From NCBI GenBank assembly GCA_053919585.1, contig CM132793.1: a stretch of 64,000 nucleotides of DNA; one strand, given 5' to 3'. The notes beneath the pieces are model-generated. The model saw only the letters and a list, made by a program, of their open reading frames with translations, ran no database searches and had not been told where the DNA came from. Shown one piece after another: positions 13,501 through 23,587 of this stretch (positions are counted from its first letter, which is position 1; each line of letters starts with the position of its first letter). A program made the position numbers and the translations under genes. This stretch comes from Euprymna scolopes. Lineage: Eukaryota.

Positions 13501-14799
13501 TCCTTGTGCGTTGAGTCTTATAGCTCATATATTCAATGACCTCTCGCCTTGGTGCGGAAATAAACTTTTTTTATTTTGTAAACAAACGAACGTATTGTAC
13601 TTATGGATGTTTGATACCGAAAGAAATATGAACTTAAAAAAAATAATGTTACTTTTATTTCATTAAATTGTTAGATGAAAGTGCAAAATAGTTCACCCCA
13701 CCTCCATGTTAAAAATGGCTTTCTAAATAGTTATTATTTCAACGTTGTTTGTACTCTCTGGGTGTCAAACATTTATAAGTACCTATTTTACTGTTATTTA
13801 TATTGGAATCAGTTTATAATTTTATGTCAGAAATATACTCAGTGACCGATTGACCCCATAAATGTCCCCAGAATGGTTTCATATTCAACTGTGAGATGAA
13901 TTGGTCATAAAACCTTTTCGCACATATACGCGACAACACTTGTTATCTTTCACTTTAGTTTATGTGTCTGTTGAATTTGTTAATAAGGCAATAAAACTAT
14001 TTTTGGTAATTAACAACATTGATACAGTTTAGCTTTGAGAATTTTGTGTTACTGTTCCCATTCCAGCTTTGGACTACTATTCTCATCTTGAGTATTCCTA
14101 TTTACTTGCTTCCCCAAGAGGGCAAAGTTAGACACAAGGTCGTTTTTTTTATGTGGGCAATATCCAGCTCTCCTACAAGAGGAACTCTGGATCAGAACAA
14201 AAATTAAAATTGTCTCAGTCTAAAAGGATTTATTAATTCTTCATTAAACGGGGAGATAATAGGTGGAGTGTAGCATCAGAAGTGATACTACACTTTGTTA
14301 ACGTATCAGTCGATACAACCTCCGACAGAAATTCTGTGCAGATTCTCGAGTTCAACAGAAACATTCCAGAGTTCAATATTTATTCAATAATAGCAGTTTT
14401 GGATAAATAAGAAAAAATGGCAAAGCTCAACTTATCAACGATAAAATACATTCAATGATAAAATAAATTTAGAGTGCACCAAAATTAGTTTTTTATTTTA
14501 TCAAAGATAAAAGCCAGTCGAGGATAAGTGTCAACCAGGGAGTTTTTAATTACACTAAACAAAGTGCATCTTTTCTGGATCATTTTTATTTTTTTTTGTT
14601 TTAGGGGGAAAAAAAAATTATCCCCGTGTGTGTTTTATCCTTGATAACTAGCGATTCATTATGAAAAAAGAACCCAAAAATACAACTACAACTTGTCCAG
14701 AAAAGATGCATTTTGTTTAGTGTAATTGAAAACTTCCACATTAACCCTTATCCTCGAGTGTGTTTTATCCTTGATAAGTTGCGATTCATTAGTCCTAAG

Positions 14800-15190
14800 T
14801 ACCCCATTTTGGGGAGCTAGATAGTCACCAGATTAAAAACCGACACTGTGTCTAACTTTGCCCTCGCGGGGTGCAATTAAATAAGAACCTTTAGATAAAC
14901 AATGCTTCTAAACTGAGCTAATTGTAATTTTTTGTTCCGATCGAAAATGCCCCTTTTTGGGGAGCTGGATATTCCCCAGATTAAAAACCAACCTTGTGTC
15001 TAACTTTGCCCTAGCGGGGTGCAATTAAATAAGAACCTTTAGATAAACAATGCTTCTAAACTGAGGTAATTGTAATCTTTTGTTCCAATGAAAACTGCCC
15101 CTTTTTTTTGGGGGGGGGCTGGATATTAAAAATCGACCTTGTGTCTAACTCTGCCCTCGTTGACGGCAAGAAAATAGGAACTTTTACAAA
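14800..15190 (+). repeat. ~149-bp tandem repeat, about 2.5 copies, with an inverted partial copy at ~14060-14210
   Basis: Recurring GGGGAGCT..TGTGTCTAACTTTGCCCT..GGGGTGCAATTAAATAAGAACC; AGGGCAAAGTTAGACACA at ~14119. Confidence 0.8.
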
Positions 15191-15333
15191 ACCCAAAATG
15201 AGGTTAGAATTTGGGACCCCATAGCTTCAGTAGCACCTTTTGGTGCCATTTTTACCTAGTTATTCACTTGTGCCATTTTTACCGGTGCCATTTTTACTGG
15301 TGCCATTTTTACCGGTGCCATTTTTACCGAGCA

Positions 15334-15373
<40 letters not shown>

Positions 15374-16582
15374 AGACGATTAATCAGAATCAGGAATCCG
15401 AAAAATTATAGTCTAATTACCGATTCTTTAAAATTAAAAAAAAATTAAAGGAGCACAAATTGTTTTTTTTGTTTTTTTTATTGAAAGTTGTTCCTCTACA
15501 ACATAACACTGAGAAGGGCAACAGAATGAGTTATAAATCTAATTTACAGATTTGACATTGATTTGCAAAGTTTTATTTATTTTATTTATTGGTTATTTAT
15601 AACTTGCCTATTGCCTTTGTAATTGTTTCTATTCACTAAAATGTCTATGCCCTCATCCAGAGAGAGTTAATATGATTATTAACAAGTTTTAAATGCTCTG
15701 GGGGGGGGGGGTAAATTTCTGTGGTACCAGCTGTACATTGGGATGTTTGTCATTGGCTTCTTCTGAAATAATTAAATTTTATGGCACCTATTTGGATACA
15801 AGGAAATCCCCAGACTAGCCAAACCTAAGTAATTTGTTTTTATTAGTTTTTATTGTAAGCAAAGTAAATATTCACTTGCCTATTCAATATCACAGATTTT
15901 AAAAAGCTTTTTGCACCTATTTGATAAATGGCTATATGGGGTCTATTAGAGACTTGGGCTTTAACATCAAAGATTTGCTTGGATTTTTTTTTTTTGTGCT
16001 GGTTTTGTATGATCACAGCATCCTTTGAAATATTTCATGTTTCTTATATTTTCCTTGGTTTCGGCACAAGTGAAAATATAGACGAAAATCTCACAAGTTT
16101 ATCAAAACTTTGGAAAAGCAAACGTTGAGAAGTTTGTTAACTTGACCCCCCCCCCCCCCCAAAAAAAACAAACTTTCATTTACATTTAAAATACACAAAA
16201 CATATGAAATTCAACTTTTTTAGGTGATTATGTGTGAGCACACTTAAACGTTATTTTAGAATTTAGTATAGGGGTTCAGTTGTGCATATAAATATAATGT
16301 AAACTGATCCCATTTCGGTACATTATCACTTTTTAAGCAGTTAAGTAATTTGTACCACTAATTCTAAGGCCTATCAGCAAAATCATAAAATCACATGTAA
16401 TTGCTATATTTTTCATATTGCCACCCGTACTTAGGGTTAGTAATAGGAAAGGAGCATGTTTTGTTGTTTTTTTTATTACTTTTAACAATACTGTATATTA
16501 ATACAATAGCGTGTGTGTTATTTTGTGTGTCACGATTACATCCAAGTGACTATTGTTTAATTATGGATTCCCATTTCTTATA

Positions 16583-16830
16583 ATAAATAATTTTACCAAG
16601 AATTCTTCATAAGTTTTGGTTTTGGTTTCTGCTGATGGCACTCAAGTCGTTTATTTTCTTATAAATAATTTTATCAAGAATTCTTCATAAGTTTTGGTTT
16701 CGATTTCGATTTCAGCTGATGGAACTCCAGTGATGCATTTTTTTTTAATAAATAATTTTATCAAGAATTCTTTATAAACTTTGGTTTCGGTTTCGATTAT
16801 AGCTGAAGGAACTCAAGCTGATGCATCCAA
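16583..16830 (+). repeat. ~80-bp tandem repeat x3 upstream of a Helitron-like end (CTAG 16989-16992)
   Basis: ATAAATAATTTTAYCAAGAATTCTT..TTTGGTTT..GCTGAWGG..CTC repeated three times. Confidence 0.75.
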
Positions 16831-17200
16831 ATCATATGGATATATTTTTTTTATTTTTGAAATCACAACTTTATAATATATAAAAATCGATAGAACATTA
16901 ACTCTATAATAATATATACGAAATCTGCAAGAATTAAAATATCATATTTAAAGTGTAGTTAACGACTTCGCTACGTCGGGTGTCCTTGCTAGCTTAGATA
17001 AATAGTTTTGCAGTTTTAACAAGAGTTACAATACTATTAGAGCATCTCTATTTACGCCATGAATACCAACATTACTATATTACATATGAATGAGTCCCCT
17101 GTGGAATTTCCACAGATCCCCCTAGTTGTTATTATTTGTATCTCGTTTTTGTTTTGTTTTTGACAGCAAATCAATAGAATAACCCAGCAAATTTATATAA

Positions 17201-18094
17201 TCTATATATCTATAAAAGTGAAAGTGTCTGTGTGTGTGTGTCTGTGTACATTTCCCTACGCAATAACTCTGTCAACTTCAGTCTACAAACTCAAAATTTG
17301 ATATACAGGGTACTGAGATTTGGGAAAATCTTGGTAATCCGTTTTCGGCCAGAAATTTTGCTGTTAAGGGGTCAAAGTTCAACAATTTGACCTTTGAGAA
17401 CTTTACCAAACTCCTTGGACAATTTTGGATATAAACACTTGAAATTTTAGATATAGGTTCCTTGGACATGGATCTAACTTAATAACTTGATTTGAGCCCA
17501 AAACAATAAATGTTAAGATGTCATAATAGGGGTCAAAGTTAAAAAAAATGTGACCTCTTCGGTCTCTAACAAATTACTCAGACAATTTCTGGTCTAAACA
17601 TTGGAAATTTTACATAAAGGTTATTCAGAGATAGGGCAAGCCTTTTAATCGGTTTGGATCGAAAATTTGAGCTACCAATATATAAATCTATGTATGTTTG
17701 CATGTCTGCCTAAAACTTTCGACAGAGGCGACGAATTTTCACAAGATCAGTACCGTTTTGAAGCTCGACAATTCAGGCGACAAATACCGAAAAATTAGCT
17801 AAAAAAAATTAATTTCTTCACCCTCAACTGAGGACTTTTCTACAGGGAGGGGTTGCTTTTTTCGCCGATATTTTCGAAAGTCATCCCCTTTTTTCGATTG
17901 TCTAGCCTTAATTTAAACCTACGTCACTTCCGACTTGGCGGTGGTCGTAACAGTAAAGACGTCAGGTTTTTTCCCCGTTCTTTTCCTCCTTCGCAGTACG
18001 GGTTCGAGCCTGCCTTCCTACTACCGCTTTCTTTTTTTTTTTTTGCTCAGCACACACCTCCAAACATCCGGGCAACGCCGGGCACCCATGCTAG
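17201..18094 (+). mobile_element. Non-autonomous Helitron
   Basis: A|TCTATATATC 5' end followed by a (TG)/GTCT microsatellite; 3' CCGGGCAACGCCGGG hairpin and CTAG|T; 5' half homologous to 51610-52570. Confidence 0.85.
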
Positions 18095-18649
18095 TTAAAA
18101 TAAAATTTAAATATTCATAGAAGGAAGGTACATAATAGTTAACGAAGCCCAACGCCCATGTTAAAAATGGTTTTCTAAGTAGTAACATGATTATTTAGAA
18201 ATTCGTCCGTCACAATGGGGGGGGTCTATGGCGTGGTTAATATTTTGTTTTTACATTGTTTTCTCATTTTACTACTATCGACTATTTTCAACTGTTTATG
18301 AAAACTTTCAAGCAGCATATTGTATACTAATGACGACCTGATACAATTTGGCTTTGTTTAAAATCAAAATGACCTGTTGTTGTCTTTCAATTTGCAATAC
18401 ATTACAAGGAAAATATTTGAGAAAAAATATACCCGGAAATTACCTGGGGATTTATGTAATAATTTGAAAAGTTGTGAAAAAAAAAAAAACATAAAAAACA
18501 CAAAGAAAAAACAAATAAACAAATATCTAATCAAATATTTATAAATATTAAAAGCATCTGAATCCGGAATCGAATAGGAATCAGAAAGTTAGAAAAGAAT
18601 GTGTAATTGGATCGGAATAGGGAAAAATTTTGGAATCGTCTCACCACTA

Positions 18650-18725
<76 letters not shown>

Positions 18726-19739
18726 TCAGCAGAATAATCGTACAATTAGTGAATAGGAAGGCTAATAAAGATACTAAATTTAAAACCCTGATATTAAGAA
18801 AGAATCTATAAGTATTGTTGATTTCTAATTAGTTTTATTTTAAAACATATTCAAGATAATTACATGGATAAACCTTAAATGAAACCAATAAACGAAACAA
18901 CTGCAATTTTATAATCACCCCTTTTTATTTAGTTAAATAGTTAGTTCAATAGATTTGTGCAATGAAATAGAACACACTTTCATGTACATAATTTGGATGC
19001 AATACATTTTGAATTCATAATGTTTTCTCATTTCATCAGTATTAGTTTTCATTTTATACATACAATAAGAACATAAATGACTCATTAAAAATAGTAACTA
19101 TAATTTTATCAACTGCTTTCTTTCTCATTTAGTTGCAGTGCACTCGTATCATAATTCGAAGAATGGCATATCAAGTCAATGACTGACTTACTATAGGGTT
19201 TTTATTCAAATTATTACATTTTTAGAACAATATTTTTAAATAAGTAAAACATATATTCCCCCAATTTGTTTTTTTTTTAATGAAAATTTTAGTGCTGTTA
19301 ATATAAAAAGGAAAAAGTGTTAAGAAGTGGGCCATTTGGACAGATTGTAAGGTTATAGAAGTTAAATTTTTTTCGATTAGTCGTAAATATTATGATTTTA
19401 ATCACTCTTCCTACCCCTCGATTCGCTTTAACTTTTCTAAACTCTCCAGTAAAAGATTATATAAACTATATGTAATTCTCTCATGCATTTCTAACGATTA
19501 AAACCTTTAATAAGGAATGTGAGACTTCTATTCCTTCTTTTCTATTTCACGAAAATTTTAATAGGTACCAATCTAAAAAAAAAAATGTACAGAATACTGC
19601 GATTTAAGAAATTTGATGAAGAATCTTAAACTCCTGACTTTGAAAAGCTGTACAAGCGTTGCAAACTCACGTTTAAGAGTAATACAATTAATAATCACAG
19701 CGAAATCAAGAATAGATCCAAAAACTTTTCTACATAAAA

Positions 19740-20104
19740 CGATACTATATCTGCAGCAGTATACGATATAATGAGCAACACCAATGACTACAATAGTTCT
19801 ATGAAAGCACTAGGTGATGTTTATATAAAACCGGTGAACCTTGTATATAATAGATATCAGCTACTAACTCTCAGGCAGTAACCAGCCTAAGCTATCCATA
19901 CTACAATTAGTAGTGCTTGCTAAATCATGCAATTTCCAAGTCATAACTGCTGAGGAAAATAAAAGGCAATATATACCCGACGTATTTATTAGTGCAATCA
20001 CTTCTTCTTCTATTGGGAAATACTTATTTGAGAAATCTTCACTCACTCTCCAAGAAACATGTGCAATGACTAGATCACTAAAACAAACAGTAAAAATAGT
20101 TTAG
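19740..20104 (+). pseudogene. Ty3/gypsy gag remnant
   Basis: VYIKPVNLVYNRYQLLTLRQ then, frameshifted, LAKSCNFQVITAEE..DVFISAITSSSIGKYLFEKSSLTL resembles the gypsy gag pattern L.KDCNF..VTAE..RD.FI.GL.S..IRQRLLE. Confidence 0.7.
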
Positions 20105-21532
20105 TCTGTAAAAGACGCCTTTTTTAAATGTTGGAGAAAATTATGTAAAACTGAAATTACAAATTGGAACGCTCTTTTAAAAGTTAGCAGGTAAATTAAA
20201 AATTTTTTTTTTATAATATGAGAAGTTGATGTTCAATATATATAGTACTTTGAAGATGCATTTTTTAATTGAAAAACAAAATTATAATGGGTTTTCTGAA
20301 TATATCAACTGTAGAAGGTTAATTTATGTTGAACTTATGTAGGAAAAAAAAAAAAAGATGAGAATAGTAGTAGCCGAAGTACATATTATCAAACATTAGA
20401 AAAATGGTAATATAAGGTTCAGAACTGGAAGCAGAAGTATATAGAACTCTTCATTCAATGCCGGATAGACTTTCTTGTTTCGTTTATTTTCTCTATTTCT
20501 TAACATAATACACTATAGAAAATGGTGCCCGGAAAACTCGTCCCGGGAAAACTCGTCTCGGGAAAACCTGTCTCCGGAAAACTCGTCCCCTTTCGCTAGG
20601 TAGGAAAACTGGTCCCGTATTGAATAAATATCGATTGAAAACACATTTTATGATCGTTCTTGAAGGAGATATTGCTTTTTAAAATAGACTATAGCCCCCC
20701 CCCCCATAATATTAAAAAAAAATATTTTTACTTGTTTAATGTTTTTTTTTTTTAAATAAAATTGATTTTCTAAGTATCCATTTTCTACCTAACTGGCTAA
20801 GTTCTTAGTGGTTTCACTTATTTTAAAGCGTTTATTATGTTCATACAAAGTTAATTACAAATTTTTTTGTTCTTATTTTAACGATGTTTTTTGGAGTCAT
20901 CAAAAAACAATAATAAAAAAAAACAAAACAAAAAAATTAAAAAAAACAGGGAGCGATTCGATTCTTCGTTACTTTTTTTGTTTTTGTTTTTTAATTATGA
21001 TAGTTTTTTATTCTTGTTATGTTTTTGTTTTCTCTCATACCAAATGCACTCATGCGTTATTTAAAATTATAATTTTATCTATTATCAACATTTATTGTCG
21101 TCCTGTCAAATTTTGCAAAAATTAACTAATAAATTAAAAGCGAAATATTTTTTTGGCGCGAGAGATGTCATGTGCTAACAATGTCTCGTTAACTCATTTT
21201 TAATTTTTACTTCAAAATTCTAAAATCAATCATTAAGAGAAAAAGTAATCACTAAATAAATTTATTAATCAATTTTATTGAAAACTCCGCTATCGTTTAT
21301 CAAGAATCTTTTTAATTTCATTTTTTGTTGGTTGTTTTTTGGAGGGAGATATAGTTTTTACCCCCCCCCCCCTCTCAAAATTAAAAATTAAAAAATATTA
21401 AAATTTATTATTTTCTTTTTAAAACCAAATCTCCCTTAGTAATTTCTTTAATTTTCTATTTTTTAGCGATTATCAAGACCCTTAAGATGTGATATACCGG
21501 ACATTATTTCTCGTTCTCATGTAACACTTTTG

Positions 21533-23587
21533 GGGTTTGTATTACTGTACACATAGATTCGAAAAAGTTGTCAAAAAACAAATATATAACAAACAAATAT
21601 TATCAAAGGCAAGATAAGTTACTTTTCTACCAAACTGGGTAATTTATTTTGTTTTTATTCAATGTAACATGTTTATTCGGTGCCGGGAAAACTCGTCCCG
21701 GGAAAACTCGTCTCGGGAAAACTCGTCTCCGGAAAACTCGTCCCCTTTCGCTAGGTAGGAAAACTGGTCCCTTATTGAATAAATATCGATTGAAAACACA
21801 TTTTATGATCGTTCTTGAAGGAAATATTGTTTTTTAAAATAAACTATAGCCCCCCCATAATATTTAAAAAAAAATATTTTTACTTGTTTAATGTTTTTTT
21901 TGTGTTTTTAATAAAAGCGTTTATTATGTTCATAAACGAGACCGCATATTTTTTTTTATATTAATATAAAAAGAATTTACTTATATACTGTTGTTTATAA
22001 AAGGGTAAAATCGATTTTTCTACCTCGCCGACTATGTTGTTTATTTAATTCATTTGGAATCGTTTATTTGGTAAAGAAAAAAAAACAGAAAACAAACAAA
22101 AAACATGTTACGGGAGAACGAGAAATAATGCCCGTTATCTTAGGGGGTCTTGATAATCGTTAAAAAATAGAAAATTAAAGAAATTACTGAGGGAGATTTG
22201 GTTTTAAAAAGAAAATAATAAATTTTAATATTTTTTAAAATATAATTTAGAGAGAGAGAGAGGGGGGGGATAAAACCTATATCTCCCTTCGAAAAGCAAC
22301 CAACAAAAAATGAAATTAAAAAGATTCTTGATAAACGATAGCGGAGTTTTCAATAAAATTGATTAATAAATTTATTTAGTGATTACTTTCTCTCTTAATG
22401 ATTGATTTTAGAATTTTGAAGTAAAAATTAAAAAAATTAAAAATGAGTTAACGAGAGATTGTTAGCACATGGTATCTCTCGCGCCAAAAAAATATTTCGC
22501 TTTTAATTTATTAGTTAATTTTTGCAAAATTTGACACGACGACAATAACTGTTGATAATTGATAAAATCATAATTTTAAATAACGCATGAGTGCATTTGG
22601 TATGACAGAAAACAAAAACATAACAACAAAAAACTATCATAATTAAAAAAACAAAACCAAAAGCGTAACGAAGAATCGAATCGCTCCCTGTTTTTTAATT
22701 TTTGGGTTTTGTTTTTTTTATTGTTTTTATGACTCCAAAAAACATCGTTAAAATAAGAACAAAAAAATTTGTAATTAACTTTGTATGAACATAATAAACG
22801 CTTTAAAATAAGTTAAATCACTAAGAACTTAGCCAGTTAGGTAGAAAACGGACACTTAGAAAATCGATTTTATTTAAAAAAAAAAAAAAAAAAAAAACAT
22901 TAAACAAGTAAAAATATTTTTTTTAAAATATTATGGGGGGGGGGCTATAGTTTATTTAAAAAAACAATATCGCCTTCAAGAACGATCATAAAATGTGTTT
23001 TCAATCGATATTTATTCAATAAGGGACCAGTTTTCCTACCTAGCGAAAGGGGACGAGTTTTCCCGAGACGAGTTTTCCGGAGACGAGTTTTCCCGAGACG
23101 AGTTTTCCCGGGACGAGTTTTCCTAAATTCTGTTTATTCAGCTCGAAAAACATGCAGTGTTTACCGGTGTATTGGAAAATTCAAAATGGCGCCCGACACT
23201 CTCTTTAACATGGTAAGTTCGGGAAAAGGTGTTATAAATAATAAACTAGACAAAATACTATTAAAAAACATCGAATATATGTCAAAATATGTCACGGTAA
23301 CATATATTAAGCGAGTTTCTAGCAGTATTTTGTATAGTTTATTATTTATAACATCTTTTCCTGAACTTACCGTGTTAAAGAGAGTGTCGGGCGCCATTTT
23401 GAATTTTCCAATACATCGGGAAACACTGTATGCTTTTCGAGCTGAATAAACATGTCACATTGAATAAAAACCCGAAAAATATATCCAGTTAGGTAGAAAA
23501 ATAACTTATCTTGCCTTTGATAACATTTATTTGTTATATATTTGTTTTTTGACAACTTCGAATCTATGTGTACAGTAATACAAACCC
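21533..23587. mobile_element. GGGTTTG-ended palindromic MITE, interrupted by family A copy 3
   Basis: Long near-perfect arms (roughly 270 bp) around a short spacer near 23270-23315; flanking direct repeat CACTTTTG (21525-21532, 23588-23595). Confidence 0.8.
21679..23130. mobile_element. Mutator-like foldback element, family A copy 3 (nested)
   Basis: Exact 9-bp TSD TGTTTATTC (21670-21678, 23131-23139); caps GGTGCCG and GAATTTA; 4+5 array units; lacks the MITE. Confidence 0.9.

Larger units (their letters stand above)
11004..15335. mobile_element. Mutator-like foldback element, family B, non-autonomous with nested cargo
   Basis: Ends GAATTTA-GGTAAAAATGGCACC and reverse-complement GGTGCTC-GGTAAAAATGGCACC; 15-bp arrays (2 and 4 units) plus a 27-bp-offset site; both flanks are (TA)n so the TSD is unresolved; no transposase ORF. 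Confidence 0.8.
15367..18649 (-). mobile_element. hAT-like non-autonomous element expanded by nested insertions
   Basis: TGTTGAGACGATT ... AATCGTCTCACCACTA termini; both ends homologous in reverse to 52611-53291; flanked by (TA)n. Confidence 0.55.

Noticed and set aside
18531-18811. YIYIYI ORFs here and at 26431, 53024, 54157, 58743, 62833
   Set aside because: (TA)n microsatellite translations
23161-23449. Near-identical antiparallel ORF pair MAPDTLFN
   Set aside because: Consequence of the MITE palindrome, not a gene pair
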